Source of the DNA: Myxococcota bacterium
GTDB taxonomy: Bacteria; Myxococcota_A; UBA9160; UBA6930
DNA length: 64,000 nucleotides
Direction: 5' to 3'
Assembly: GCA_965223705.1 (NCBI GenBank)
Contig: OZ245015.1
Coordinates: forward strand, 1,504,001 to 1,568,000
The notes under the pieces were generated by a model. That model saw nothing but the letters and a program-made list of their open reading frames with translations. It searched no databases and was not told the DNA's origin. Of this stretch, positions 47,792-58,416 are shown piece by piece. Numbering within the stretch: position 1 is the first letter of the stretch; every line of letters starts with the position of its first letter. The translations under genes and the position numbers were made by a program.

Positions 47792-48637
47792 ATGCGGTGG
47801 GCTTGTGGCGTGGCCTTGGCGGGCTGCGTCGCCGGTGTAAACGGGATCGTCGCCCGCGGGGAAACGCCGCCCACCGCGGCGCCGGACTACTTCGACACGG
47901 TTGTCATCGATCCCGGCCACGGCGGAAACGACCACGGAGCTCGGGGTGTCGCGGGTCTGGTCGAAAAAGAGCTGGTCCTCGATATCTCGCAGCGGGCGGC
48001 GCGGCGACTTCGGGAGCGCGGCCTTCAGGTGCTCCTGACGCGCGAAGAAGACCGCTTCGTCGGACTCGAGGAGCGGACGGAGCTCGCTAATGGGGCCGAG
48101 GCGGACCTCTTCGTTTCCGTGCACGCGAACTCGTCGAGCTTCCGCAACGCGCGTGGACCGGAGACTTTCTTCGCGTCCCTCGACGCGACGGATGAAGCGG
48201 CGCAAGCGCTCGCGACTCGCGAGAACTTGGCTCTCGGCGCGACCGAGGTGCCCGACGCCACGGTGTTCGATCCGGTGGCCGCCATCTTGGGCAAGCTCGC
48301 GGACAACGAATCGCTTCGCGAGTCGCAAGAGTTCGCGAAGATCGTGCAATCCCGGTTCGCGAGCCTCCACTCCTTGCGTTCGCGGGGCGTCAAGCAAGCG
48401 CCCTTCGTCGTGCTGATGAAGGTCAAGATGCCGGCGGCGCTCCTCGAGCTCGGGTTTGTCACGAACGCGCGCGAAGCGAAGGAATTTGGAAGCGAGGCGT
48501 ACCGAGAGCAACTCGCCGAAGCGCTCGTCGAGTCGGTGATCCGCTTCGGCGAGCGGAGAGACACCCGACGCGGCTTGACCCCCCACGCTCCGGATCCGGA
48601 AGGGCGGACCAGCTCGTCGCCGAAAGAGGAATCATGA
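47792..48637 (+). CDS. N-acetylmuramoyl-L-alanine amidase (Amidase_3)
   Basis: [39 protein letters not shown]; start uncertain. Confidence 0.92.
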   Translation: MRWACGVALAGCVAGVNGIVARGETPPTAAPDYFDTVVIDPGHGGNDHGARGVAGLVEKELVLDISQRAARRLRERGLQVLLTREEDRFVGLEERTELANGAEADLFVSVHANSSSFRNARGPETFFASLDATDEAAQALATRENLALGATEVPDATVFDPVAAILGKLADNESLRESQEFAKIVQSRFASLHSLRSRGVKQAPFVVLMKVKMPAALLELGFVTNAREAKEFGSEAYREQLAEALVESVIRFGERRDTRRGLTPHAPDPEGRTSSSPKEES

Positions 48638-49371
48638 CGAGAATCGATGGCCGGAACGCTTCGCAGCTCCGACCCGTACGCTTCCAAGTCGACTTCACGG
48701 AGAACCCGCTGGCGTCGGTCCTGTGTGAGTTCGGGCGAACGCGGGTTTTATGTACGGCGTGCGTCGAAGAGAGCGTCCCGCGCTTTCTGGTCGGCAGCGG
48801 TCGCGGATGGCTGACCGCTGAATACGGCCTCTTGCCGGGGTCGACGGACCAGCGGGTCGACCGTGAAGCGGCGCGGGGCAAAGTCTCCGGCCGCACCCAG
48901 GAGATCCAGCGTCTCATAGGGCGCAGCTTGCGCGCGGTGACCGATCTTTCGGCCCTGGGCGAGCGGACGCTCTGGATGGACTGCGACGTCCTCCAGGCGG
49001 ACGGCGGCACCAGGACGGCGTCGGTGAGCGGCGCGTTCGTCGCCTTGGCACTCGCGATCAGCCGTATGCGCGACGGGGGATTTCTCGAGAAGCCGGTACT
49101 GCGGGGCGGGTTGGCCGCAATCTCGGTCGGGGTCGTCGAGGGCGAGCCGCTTCTCGATCTCTGCTACGCGGAAGATTCGCGCGCGGAAGTCGACATGAAC
49201 GTGGTCGGTACCAGCGATGGTCGGCTCGCGGAAGTGCAGGGGACCGGCGAGGAGCACACGTTTTCGCGAGCGGAGCTCACGCGCATGTTGGAGCTCGCCG
49301 AGGCCGGCATCGCGGAAATCACAGCGCTGCAACGAGAGGCACTCGCCGGGGCCGGAGCCTCCATCACGTGA
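48634..49371 (+). CDS. rph: Ribonuclease PH
   Basis: [49 protein letters not shown]. Confidence 0.97.
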   Translation: MTRIDGRNASQLRPVRFQVDFTENPLASVLCEFGRTRVLCTACVEESVPRFLVGSGRGWLTAEYGLLPGSTDQRVDREAARGKVSGRTQEIQRLIGRSLRAVTDLSALGERTLWMDCDVLQADGGTRTASVSGAFVALALAISRMRDGGFLEKPVLRGGLAAISVGVVEGEPLLDLCYAEDSRAEVDMNVVGTSDGRLAEVQGTGEEHTFSRAELTRMLELAEAGIAEITALQREALAGAGASIT

Positions 49372-49988
49372 CCGGCTCCGGGCCGTATCGCGAGCTCGTC
49401 ATCGCCACGGAAAATCCCGGGAAGCTGCTCGAATTCCGAGCGCTGCTAGGAGAGCTCCCGTTGTCCCTGCGCATTCTGTCCGCGTTTCCCGAAGTGCTCC
49501 TGCCCGCGGAAGGAGAAGACTACGCGGAGAACGCGAGAGCGAAAGCGCGCGTAGCCGCGCGCGAGACCGGCCGGCCCGCGCTGGGGGACGATTCGGGGCT
49601 CGAAGTCTCGGCGCTCGGCAATCGCCCCGGTCCCTTGTCGGCGCGCTACGGGGGAGAGGGCCTCCGCGACGCGCAGCGATCCGCAAAGCTACTCGCAGAA
49701 CTCGATGCCGCCGGAACGCCGGATCGCTCGGCCCGCTTCGTGTGCGTCGCGGCGCTCGCACTTCCCGACGGAACCACCACCACCCAGGTGGGCACGTGCG
49801 AGGGAAAGATTCTCGATGCGGCGCAGGGAGACGGCGGGTTCGGTTACGACCCGATCTTTCAGCCCGAGGGCGAAAATCGCGCGATGGCGGAGCTTCCGCC
49901 CGCCAAGAAGAACGAAATCTCTCACCGCGCGCGCGCGATCGCCGCGTTGCTGCCGACGATCCGCGAACAGGTTCTTCGAGAGACTTAG
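49368..49988 (+). CDS. rdgB: dITP/XTP pyrophosphatase
   Basis: [36 protein letters not shown]; follows rph. Confidence 0.95.
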   Translation: MTGSGPYRELVIATENPGKLLEFRALLGELPLSLRILSAFPEVLLPAEGEDYAENARAKARVAARETGRPALGDDSGLEVSALGNRPGPLSARYGGEGLRDAQRSAKLLAELDAAGTPDRSARFVCVAALALPDGTTTTQVGTCEGKILDAAQGDGGFGYDPIFQPEGENRAMAELPPAKKNEISHRARAIAALLPTIREQVLRET

Positions 49989-50716
49989 TTCTGTTTCGCG
50001 GTTCGCAGTCGAAGTCTGCGAATCAGCTGATGAATCTGTAGCGCTGCTTGTTGCTTCGGGTCGATGAAGGCCACCGCCATTCCGATCGGCGCCTTCGGGC
50101 GCGTGAGGTTGCCCGGAACGTTGCTGTACACGACGCGGGAGTGGATGGGTTCCGAAAGCTCCGACAGTTCGAGCTCGAGCCAGATCTCGGCTCCCGGACA
50201 GAACGGCCGCGGCGTTTCGAGGAACGCACCCGTCGCCGAAAGCGTGTAGATCCCGACGGGCTTTGTGCGGGCGCCGAGGGATGCCTGGGCTTCCCAACCC
50301 ACCGCGACCCGCGGCTCCCCTCGTTTCGAACGCCGTCGATGGTCGAGCTCGAGGCCGCGGTTCAAGGCGAAACGCAGGTGGCTCCGATTGCGGAGCGACA
50401 ACCGGTGGCGCAACCCGAGCTGTTGGAAGCGGCGGATCTCGACGCGATCGCCAAAGAAGAACCCCGCCCATTGCCGATTCGCGAGTCGGCTCGCGACCGG
50501 AGCGAGCAGTCGCTCGAGGGTTTCGAGGGGAACCTGATCCGAGGCGGCGACGCCGCGGAACGCACAATCGCTGCGGATGAGCTGCGCTTCGACCGCCCGC
50601 AAGCTGTCTGCCAGGTACGTTCGGGCTCCGAGCTCACCGAGCGCCATCGCAGCACGGCGGGTCGTGTGCGTGTTCGCATCATCGATGAGCAACAGGTCGG
50701 CAATCTGCTGGGACAT
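49985..50716 (-). CDS. PilZ domain protein with degenerate receiver-like N-terminus
   Basis: RGEPR...TLSATGAF...GMAVAF; N-terminal LLLIDD. Confidence 0.75.
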   Translation of the reverse strand: MSQQIADLLLIDDANTHTTRRAAMALGELGARTYLADSLRAVEAQLIRSDCAFRGVAASDQVPLETLERLLAPVASRLANRQWAGFFFGDRVEIRRFQQLGLRHRLSLRNRSHLRFALNRGLELDHRRRSKRGEPRVAVGWEAQASLGARTKPVGIYTLSATGAFLETPRPFCPGAEIWLELELSELSEPIHSRVVYSNVPGNLTRPKAPIGMAVAFIDPKQQAALQIHQLIRRLRLRTAKQN

Positions 50717-50803
50717 GGCGATACCCCCTTGTGTCGCAGAGACACGGCTTCCCGACCCTGTGAGTGCGAGCCCGAGAAGAAAAGTGATGCCCCGGAGGAG
50801 GCG

Positions 50804-52210
50804 CTAGAAAGCGGCGATAGCGGTCGCGAGGAGAATGCCCGCTCCCGCCGCGGTCACGGCCGGCGGAATCTGTGTGCGCACGTGGTCCATCATGTCGCAC
50901 CCGGTGAACATGCTCGACAGAATGGTGGTGTCGGAAATGGGTGAGCATTGATCGCCGAATACGGCGCCGCCCAGGACCGCTCCGAAACACAGCTGAATAA
51001 AGCCGGCGGAGGGGTCGATGGCGTACGCCAACGGCAGGGCGAGCGGAAAGACCACCGCGTAGGTCCCCCAGGACGTTCCCGTGGCGAAGGCGATCACCAT
51101 GCAGAGCAAGCAGAGGGCGCCCGGCAGCAGCGCGCGCGGGACCTGGTCGCCGAGGATTTCGACGACGTAGGCCGCGGTTCCGAGTTCTCGGGAGACGAGC
51201 GCCAGCGTGACCGCGAGGCCCAGAACGATGGCGCCGATGGTCATGCTCTGACAGCCGCGGACGAAGCCATCGAGTACTTGTCGGAGGGGCATTCCCCGGA
51301 AGGCGGCAACGCCCATCCCCGATAGGACGCACAACAGAAATGCCTGCTCGACCAGGCTCTTGTCGAAGAACACGATGGGCAGCACCGCCACGGACAGCAG
51401 CACGCCGATCGGCACCGTGAAGTCGAGCAAGCTCGGCACGTAGCCGGCGACCGGTTCCTCGACGGTCGCGTTCGGAAGCATCGGTTCCGCACCTGGAGCG
51501 TCGAGCTCACCGGTTTCTCTCGCACGCCGGCTCGCGCGCCGGAGGCCCGGGCCGATCGCCGGCAGGCCGAGTGCGAGACCGAGCGTCATGAGCACCGCGA
51601 AAATTCCGTAGAAGTTCCACGGTAGGGACGCAAAGAAGAGCCGAAGCGCTTCCTCCTCGGTGGTGACCAGCGGAATCGAGCCGACGATGAGCGAGGCGAC
51701 GTACGCCGGCCAAGCGTTGAAGGGCAAGATCGTCGCGACCGGCGACGCCGTGGAATCCACCACGTAGGAGAGCTCCTCGTGGCTGATTCGGTGGCGATCC
51801 GCGACGGGCTTGACGGTCGAACCGGCCAGGACGGTGCTGACGGTTCCGCCTTGGTGGAACAGGACGCCGAGCCCCCAAGCAAAGAGCAGGCTGCCTCGCG
51901 GGCCGCGCACGAAGCGCCGGCCCAACGTTTCCGCGAAATGGCGCGCACCGCCGGTCTTCTCCCAGAGGCCGATGAGCCCGCCGAGACACCACAGGTAGAT
52001 CATGAGAATTCGGGCGTAGCCTTCGGACCCGATCGCGGGCAGAAAGAAGCGCTTCACCGGTTCGGCCGAGAGGACGGGCTCCCCGGCCGCGAGGAGGACG
52101 GCGCTGCCGGTGAGAACTCCAGCGAAGAGCGCGGGAATCACTTGGCGCAGGGCAAACGCGAGCAGGATCGTCACCGCAGCGGGCAGTAGCGACCAGATTC
52201 CGGCTTCCAT
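50804..52210 (-). CDS. NhaC-family Na+/H+ antiporter / amino-acid transporter
   Basis: ISHEELSYVVDSTASP, FATGTSWGT, GAVFGDQCSPISDTTILSS, DHVRTQ. Confidence 0.88.
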   Translation of the reverse strand: MEAGIWSLLPAAVTILLAFALRQVIPALFAGVLTGSAVLLAAGEPVLSAEPVKRFFLPAIGSEGYARILMIYLWCLGGLIGLWEKTGGARHFAETLGRRFVRGPRGSLLFAWGLGVLFHQGGTVSTVLAGSTVKPVADRHRISHEELSYVVDSTASPVATILPFNAWPAYVASLIVGSIPLVTTEEEALRLFFASLPWNFYGIFAVLMTLGLALGLPAIGPGLRRASRRARETGELDAPGAEPMLPNATVEEPVAGYVPSLLDFTVPIGVLLSVAVLPIVFFDKSLVEQAFLLCVLSGMGVAAFRGMPLRQVLDGFVRGCQSMTIGAIVLGLAVTLALVSRELGTAAYVVEILGDQVPRALLPGALCLLCMVIAFATGTSWGTYAVVFPLALPLAYAIDPSAGFIQLCFGAVLGGAVFGDQCSPISDTTILSSMFTGCDMMDHVRTQIPPAVTAAGAGILLATAIAAF

Positions 52211-52275
52211 CGCGGTCCCCCCGGCAGCAAGACTACCAATTCAGCCCCGCACCGATCCCGCGTTAATATTGCTAG

Positions 52276-52638
52276 ATGGCGCAACTCCCCGTCCGAGCGG
52301 CGCTGATCGCTGTGACCTTGGCCGTCGCCTGGGCCGCATTTCAGTTCGCCGGCGCCGAAGAATCCGCGCGGGTCCAGGTGTTCTACCCAGCGGGCTCGTG
52401 CGAAACCCACCACCTGCAGGTCGAGCGCTATCACCGAAGCGCCAAACGCTGGATCCCCCACCCCGAGCATCCCGAAGTCGAGGCCGGTCGCTGTTACTGG
52501 GAGGATGAGAGTTTCCTGCTGAACGAGTTGCGGGTCCGCTGTATCGATCCGGTCGGCGAGAAGAATCCGTCGTCCTGGGTCGTCGGGGTCAATCTATCGC
52601 CGACGAACGTATCGGTCTGTGACGAACCCGCTCCCTGA
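52276..52638 (+). CDS. Secreted hypothetical protein (4 Cys)
   Basis: Signal peptide; sits between divergent nhaC and the phosphatase gene. Confidence 0.65.
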   Translation: MAQLPVRAALIAVTLAVAWAAFQFAGAEESARVQVFYPAGSCETHHLQVERYHRSAKRWIPHPEHPEVEAGRCYWEDESFLLNELRVRCIDPVGEKNPSSWVVGVNLSPTNVSVCDEPAP

Positions 52639-53248
52639 CCCGGGTCCGCAGTCTTTGCTGGTGATTCGCCACGCGGAATCCGTCTGGAATGAGCGCGGCC
52701 TGTGGCAGGGAAACGCCGATCCACCCCTCTGCGAGCGCGGTGCCGCGCTCCTAGCGAAACGAGCGCCGGAGATCGCTCGCACCGTTCGAGACGTCGGCTG
52801 GGTGATTGCGAGCGACCTCGAACGAGCTCTCGCCACGGCCCACGCGGTCGCCCGAGAGCTCGGCGCGGTTCTCTGGGTGTCGAAAGATCTCCGGGAGCGC
52901 GACGCAGGCGCCTGGACGGGGATGTCGCGCGACGCGATCGAGGCGTCGAACGATCCACAGCTCATCGCTCTTCGCCGAGGCGCACTCGACGCCAGACCGC
53001 CCGGGGGTGAAAGCGGCCACGAAGTGCGAGCGCGCGTACAGCGAGGGCTTCGGCGGGCCGCGCGCGCCGCGAACGGCGGCGCGATCGCGTGGGTCACCCA
53101 CTTGGGCGTGTTGCGCGCGGTTTCTCCCGGCGCTGTTCTGGGCCACACCGAAACGCGTTGGATCACGTGCGACCTTCATTCCGACGAGCTTTCGGTACAC
53201 GCTGGCGAGGAGCCGGTATCCTTGCCGACGGGGGAGGAACACGAATGA
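52619..53248 (+). CDS. Histidine phosphatase (PGM) family
   Basis: IRHAES.WN....QG..D.PL, SDL.RA, LRE...G.W.G, PGGES, VTH. Confidence 0.9.
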   Translation: MTNPLPDPGPQSLLVIRHAESVWNERGLWQGNADPPLCERGAALLAKRAPEIARTVRDVGWVIASDLERALATAHAVARELGAVLWVSKDLRERDAGAWTGMSRDAIEASNDPQLIALRRGALDARPPGGESGHEVRARVQRGLRRAARAANGGAIAWVTHLGVLRAVSPGAVLGHTETRWITCDLHSDELSVHAGEEPVSLPTGEEHE

Positions 53249-54585
53249 GTCGAGGCTCGGTGCGGGGTGACTCGCGGATGAGTCGACGCTTGGCGCTCGG
53301 TGTGACGGCGGCGGCCACGATCGGGCTGGGCTTAGCCTCTGCGCTGGCCGCTTCGGCGGGCGCGTGGCTCGCGTTCGTCGCCGCGTTTGCCGCCGCCACC
53401 GCGTATGAGCGGCTCCGCCGCGCGCGGTCCTTCGGGCGCGACGACGTCACGCGTTTGGTCGTCGCGGGCAGTGTGGGCCTCCTCGCGGGCCTGTGGTCGT
53501 TCGCGACAGGTGGCTTCGGTGTCGGGGGCTTTCTTCTCGCGTTGGGTATCGCCCAAATTCTGACGGCGACCCACGGAGTGCTCGGGCTGTTGCCCAAGCT
53601 GGAAGGATCCGATGCCGAACGACGTGCGGGTCCCGGGATCCACGCTTCTCTCGCGCTCGACGAGTGGGGGCGCTGCGGCCGGCGTATGCGACGCTTCATC
53701 CGCGCCGACAAGCCCGGTGCCGCGGAGTCCATGAGCGCCGAAGCCGGCCGGCCGGAGGTTCTTCTCCAAGCTCCGGCGAAGCCTGAGATCAAGGACCGTA
53801 AGTCATTTGTCGAGCTCCGGTTTCCTTCTCCATCGGACGAGCAGCGCGAGGTTCGGGTGGCCCTCTGGCGGGCCGGCGAACGGCCTGGCCCCGCACTGCT
53901 CGTACTTCCGTCTCCTCGCTGGCGCCCGGACGCGGTGGCGCGCTACCTGGCCCGGCCCTCGCGCTGGCGCTCACTCGGGCTCGATGTCGCGGTGATGTCG
54001 TGCGGCACCTCACGCCGCGACACTTTGCGCGATTTCGCGGATCGCCCCGCCGACGCTTCGGCCTGGATCGAGCGCACGGCCCGCGAGGCGCGGGCGGTGA
54101 TCGGTTGGCTCGCTTCCGAAGGGACGCCGCGGGTCGGATTGTGTGGTTTCGGTTGGGGGGCGAGCGCGGCGAGTTGGCTCGCGACGAAGCTGCCCGAACT
54201 CGCCAGTCTGGTACTCGTCGCACCCATCCCCGAGCCCCAGGGCGTCGCTTCGGACGGGCTTCCCGAGCGGCCGGAATCGCTCGAGTCATTCGCTCCGTGG
54301 ATGCCCGCGCGACACGACGCAGCGGTCTCCCCGGGATCGGCCTTCATCGTCGCCCCTCAGGTCGACGAACTCGCGCCGCCCGAGGACCTTCGTCGCTTGC
54401 GAGATCGCGTGAATCCCGGTGGCTGGGTCGTGGTGCCCGGCGGGCGCTCGCGCGCGCTCTCGCTCGCTGGCGGCGCCAGCGAGCGGGTCGAGGAGCACTT
54501 GCGGCGCACGCTGCTCGACGCGCCGGCCTCCGCCGAAGTACCGCTCTCGCGCTTTCGGAGACGCTCGGACGACGGGTCGGCCTAA
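53245..54585 (+). CDS. Membrane-anchored alpha/beta-hydrolase-fold protein, catalytic Ser apparently lost
   Basis: N-terminal TM helices; nucleophile elbow reads VGLCGFGWGA. Confidence 0.6.
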   Translation: MSRGSVRGDSRMSRRLALGVTAAATIGLGLASALAASAGAWLAFVAAFAAATAYERLRRARSFGRDDVTRLVVAGSVGLLAGLWSFATGGFGVGGFLLALGIAQILTATHGVLGLLPKLEGSDAERRAGPGIHASLALDEWGRCGRRMRRFIRADKPGAAESMSAEAGRPEVLLQAPAKPEIKDRKSFVELRFPSPSDEQREVRVALWRAGERPGPALLVLPSPRWRPDAVARYLARPSRWRSLGLDVAVMSCGTSRRDTLRDFADRPADASAWIERTAREARAVIGWLASEGTPRVGLCGFGWGASAASWLATKLPELASLVLVAPIPEPQGVASDGLPERPESLESFAPWMPARHDAAVSPGSAFIVAPQVDELAPPEDLRRLRDRVNPGGWVVVPGGRSRALSLAGGASERVEEHLRRTLLDAPASAEVPLSRFRRRSDDGSA

Positions 54586-56243
54586 CGCGACCGGTTCGTG
54601 AGCAACAAGTTGGCGCCGGCCAGCATGACCCAGAGGTCCGCGATGAGAATCGCGCTCCCGATCAGTGCGAGAAGCCAGCGCTCGCCGAACGCGGCGAAGT
54701 AGCTCGCGACTTCTCCCAGCATCGCGATGATCGTCGTCAGCCCGACGAAGAGCATCGGGAGCAGGGTGTAGACGATGGGGCGGCCGGTCTGTCGCAGCCA
54801 GACGCTTACGACCAAGAGGGTCGCTCCCGCGACGAGTTGGTTCGTCGTGCCGAACAGCGGCCACAGGATGAGTCCGCCCCGGCCGTCGGCCTGTGTCAAC
54901 GCCAGGAGGAGAGCGGCGCCGATCCCGAGGGCCGAGGCGGCGAACCGGTTCGTCAAGGGCTTGATGCCTACCCGCGAGGCGAGCTCTGCGATCACGAGTC
55001 GCTGGATCCGCGCGCCGGTGTCGAGGGAGGTCGCGGCGAACGCGATCACCATCACGGCGATGAAGGTCCGCGCGGTGTCGATGGGAATGCCCAGCGCGGC
55101 GACAAACGTCGCACCGCCTCCGACGAAGGCTTCGAGTTTCGCGCCGAGGCCGTTCGCCTCACCCCAGCTGGCGTAGTGGTGCGACCACCCGGCGGCGGTG
55201 GCGAAGCCCGCTGTTGCGGCGAGGACCGCCAGCATGCCGAGCGTCCCCTCACCGAGCATGCTCCCGTAGCCGATCGGCGTGGCGTCGGTCATGCAGCGCA
55301 CTTGTTTCGATGTCGTCCCCGACCCGACCAGTCCGTGGAAACCCGAAATCGCGCCGCAAGCAATCGTGATGAACAGGAACGGAATCATCGGCGGGGCGCC
55401 TTCCGGCGCCCAATTGACCACCGGGGCCACCACCGTCGGCTGCAGCACGACCAACCCGCCGATGAGGACCGCGAGCCCGGTCAGCAACTGGTGCGCGTTC
55501 AAGTAATCGCGCGGTTGTAGCAGGAGCCAGACCGGAAGGACGGACGCCGCGAAGGAATACAGCAGGAGGATCCATACCCAGTTGAGGACCGACAGCTCGG
55601 CGATCGCGGGGAAGGCGGCGACGAGCGCGTCGCCCCAGAAGATCGCGGCGAGGAGCACAGCGTAACCGATGACCGACGGCGCTCCGAGCGCGATGCCTCG
55701 CCGATGCACCAACCAACCGAGAAGCATCGCCACCAGGATCTGGATGTTGATCGGGAAGATCGCGCTGGGCGTGCCCACGAAGAGCGTCGCGATGATGTAG
55801 GAGAAGACCGCGAGGACGATCCAAATGAGCAGCGAGATGATCAGCAGGAACAAGAGCTGCGCGCGCGGGCCGATCACCTGACCCGCGATATCCCCGATCG
55901 AACGTCCGCGGTTGCGCAGGCTGATCACCAGAGCTGAAAAGTCGTGTACCGCTCCCATGAAGACCGTGCCCAGGACGACCCACAGGAGCGCCGGAAGCCA
56001 GCCCCAGATGACGGCGATCGCCGGGCCCACGATCGGCGCGGCACCGGCGATGGACGTGAAGTGGTGGCCCCAGAGAATGCGCTTGTCCGTCGGGACGTAG
56101 TCGACGCCATCGCGATAGGTTTCGGACGGCACGGGCTCATCGTCGGCCAGCGCGAAAATCTTGCGGGACAAGAAGCGGGCATAGGTCCGGTAGCCGATCA
56201 GGAACAGGGCGACGGTTCCGAGTGCGATCCACGCGGCGTTCAC
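54582..56243 (-). CDS. cstA: Carbon starvation protein A (peptide/pyruvate transporter)
   Basis: DGVDYVPT, GHHFTSIAGAAPIVGP, LLQPRDYLN, TIACGAISGFH, LWPLFGTTNQL. Confidence 0.95.
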   Translation of the reverse strand: MNAAWIALGTVALFLIGYRTYARFLSRKIFALADDEPVPSETYRDGVDYVPTDKRILWGHHFTSIAGAAPIVGPAIAVIWGWLPALLWVVLGTVFMGAVHDFSALVISLRNRGRSIGDIAGQVIGPRAQLLFLLIISLLIWIVLAVFSYIIATLFVGTPSAIFPINIQILVAMLLGWLVHRRGIALGAPSVIGYAVLLAAIFWGDALVAAFPAIAELSVLNWVWILLLYSFAASVLPVWLLLQPRDYLNAHQLLTGLAVLIGGLVVLQPTVVAPVVNWAPEGAPPMIPFLFITIACGAISGFHGLVGSGTTSKQVRCMTDATPIGYGSMLGEGTLGMLAVLAATAGFATAAGWSHHYASWGEANGLGAKLEAFVGGGATFVAALGIPIDTARTFIAVMVIAFAATSLDTGARIQRLVIAELASRVGIKPLTNRFAASALGIGAALLLALTQADGRGGLILWPLFGTTNQLVAGATLLVVSVWLRQTGRPIVYTLLPMLFVGLTTIIAMLGEVASYFAAFGERWLLALIGSAILIADLWVMLAGANLLLTNRSR

Positions 56244-56253
56244 GATGCCTCCT

Positions 56254-57885
56254 CTAGCCGCCGGCCACCGGGATGAACAGCGGCCCCCCAGGCCCGAGCG
56301 GGACTTCGAGGCTGATCCAGACGAGAAGCAAGATCAACCACGCACCCGCGAAAGCCAACGCGTAGGGGATCATCATCGAAAGCAAGGTGCCGAGACCCGC
56401 CTTCGGCACGTAGCGCCGCAGGAACGCGAGGATGATGACGAGGTACGGGTTCAGGGGCGTGATGACGTTGGTCACCGAGTCCCCCACGCGATACGCCGCC
56501 TGCGTGAGCTCGGGGCTGATTCCCACCTGCATGAACATCGGTACAAAGACCGGCGCGAAGAACGCGTACTTGGCGGACATCGAGCCAATGAGGAGGTTCG
56601 CCAGCGCGACGACGAGCACGAAGCTCGCCACGAGCCCGCCGGCCGGTAGATCCGCGGAAGCGAGAAACTCGCCGCCCGTAATCGCCAACATCTCTCCGAG
56701 TCCCGAATAGCGGAAGTACTCGATGAACTGGGCCGCGAAAAAGGCGAGGGCGATGTAGGGGCCCATGCCGGCCATGGTTTCGCCCAAGAGCTTCGCCGCG
56801 TCGCGATCGGAGCGGACGGTTCCGACGGCGATTCCGTAGGCGATGCCCGGAACGAGGAAGCCGATGAACATGAGCGGTACGACGGCGCTCACCCAACGCG
56901 GGAAACGGCCGTCCATGCCGTTGAGCGGCGCTCCCGGAATCCAGGTGGCGGCCACCATCACGCCGAGCACGGCCGCGGCGCAGAAGAGCGCGACGGCGAG
57001 CGCGCGCTTCTCACCTGGCTCAAGGCCGACCGCAACGTCGCTGTGTTCGGCGGGCCCTCCGTCTTCGGCCGTCTTGTCGGCAAAGCGAGGTTCGACCCAC
57101 CAGGCGCTCGTCGCCCAGCCGACGACCGTCAGCAGTCCCGTCGAGACGATGAGAAACCACAGGTTGGCCGTCGCCGCGACGCGGTACTCGGGATCGACGA
57201 GGCGCGCCCCCGCTTCCGAGAATCCCGCGAGGATCGTATCGAGGCTCGTCACCATCAAGTTCGCGCTGAAGCCGGCCGCGACACCCGCAAAGACGGCGGC
57301 GAGACCCGCGGCCGGCGACCGGCCCACCGCGGCGTAGAGCGCCGCCGCGATCGGCGGCAGCACGACGTACCCGGCGTCGAGGGCCAAGGACGAGACGACG
57401 CCGACCGCGAAGACCGCGGGGGTGAGCAGGGGGCCCGGGACGTTGATCAGCGTCGCGCGCAGGAAGGCGGAAATAAATCCGGTTCGGTCGGCCAACCCGA
57501 TCCCAAGCATTCCAACCAGTACCACCACCAAAGGTGGAAAGTTCTTGAAGTTTTCGACCAGGCTCGAGACCGCGAAATAGAGGCCATCGGAAGACAGCAG
57601 ACTGCGCGCCCGCACCGGATCCTGCGCGACCTCCCGCACGGGGAGACCTTCATCATCGACTCGGGGGATCTGCACGGGAGCGCCGGTCAAGGGGTTCCGC
57701 ACGGGCTCACCATCGGCTTGGCGGACGACATCCATCGCCTGCACCGATGTCCGTTTGTAGACCGTCCAGTCCAGCTCCACGGCGGCGTGCGAGACGACCA
57801 TGACGCCGAGCGCACCGAGGGCGAAGAGGGTGATCGGGTCGGGGAGCAGGTTGCCGAGACGTTCTACGCGATCGAGCCAACTCAT
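56254..57885 (-). CDS. AbgT-family transporter
   Basis: LDRVERLGNLLPDP, AGVAAGFSAN, FFAAQF, QAAYRVGDSVTNVITP, PLGPG; GAAAGGG before ATG 57885. Confidence 0.92.
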   Translation of the reverse strand: MSWLDRVERLGNLLPDPITLFALGALGVMVVSHAAVELDWTVYKRTSVQAMDVVRQADGEPVRNPLTGAPVQIPRVDDEGLPVREVAQDPVRARSLLSSDGLYFAVSSLVENFKNFPPLVVVLVGMLGIGLADRTGFISAFLRATLINVPGPLLTPAVFAVGVVSSLALDAGYVVLPPIAAALYAAVGRSPAAGLAAVFAGVAAGFSANLMVTSLDTILAGFSEAGARLVDPEYRVAATANLWFLIVSTGLLTVVGWATSAWWVEPRFADKTAEDGGPAEHSDVAVGLEPGEKRALAVALFCAAAVLGVMVAATWIPGAPLNGMDGRFPRWVSAVVPLMFIGFLVPGIAYGIAVGTVRSDRDAAKLLGETMAGMGPYIALAFFAAQFIEYFRYSGLGEMLAITGGEFLASADLPAGGLVASFVLVVALANLLIGSMSAKYAFFAPVFVPMFMQVGISPELTQAAYRVGDSVTNVITPLNPYLVIILAFLRRYVPKAGLGTLLSMMIPYALAFAGAWLILLLVWISLEVPLGPGGPLFIPVAGG

Positions 57886-58331
57886 TGCGCTCCCTTTCTC
57901 AATGCGTGGAGACGGTATGCCGCGACCCCCAGGAGTGCCCCGAAACCGTCGATTCCGACGTCCTGGAGGCTGCCCGTCCGAACCGCCGACGTCGACTGGA
58001 AGCCCTCGTCGATGAGCGCGATGGAGATCGCCAGCAGCCACGCCCACAGCAAGGATCGAGAAAGGGGCACCGATCGCGCGAGCGCTCGGGCCGTCAGCAG
58101 CCCGAGGCCGGCGTACTCAGCGAGATGAGCGCCCTTCCGGACGAGGACGTGGAGGACCCGCAAGGTCGCCTTCGAGACGTCCGCTCCGAGCTCCGCGAGG
58201 ATGTGAGCGAGAAGCCCGCCCGTGGCGGTCGCGGAGAAGTTGTCCGATGCGAGTACCAAGATCAGCAGCGCCCAAGCGCCCGCCACCAGCCAGGCGCGGG
58301 TCGCCGAACGCGAGCCGCGGAACCCCCCCAT
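57882..58331 (-). CDS. VanZ-family membrane protein
   Basis: VRKGAHLAEYAGLG...DEGFQ...RTGSLQDV.ID. Confidence 0.88.
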   Translation of the reverse strand: MGGFRGSRSATRAWLVAGAWALLILVLASDNFSATATGGLLAHILAELGADVSKATLRVLHVLVRKGAHLAEYAGLGLLTARALARSVPLSRSLLWAWLLAISIALIDEGFQSTSAVRTGSLQDVGIDGFGALLGVAAYRLHALRKGAQ

Positions 58332-58416
58332 GGGCGCCAGCTTACGGAACTCGGACCCCGCCGTCCGGGGAGGCGCGCACGCGGCCTGGGGGCCGTTCCG
58401 TTACGTTTCGACCGGC

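Noticed and set aside
47669..48586. N-terminal extension giving a 1001-aa vWA protein
   Set aside because: It is the antisense of the amidase gene; a signal-like segment follows Met at 47668.
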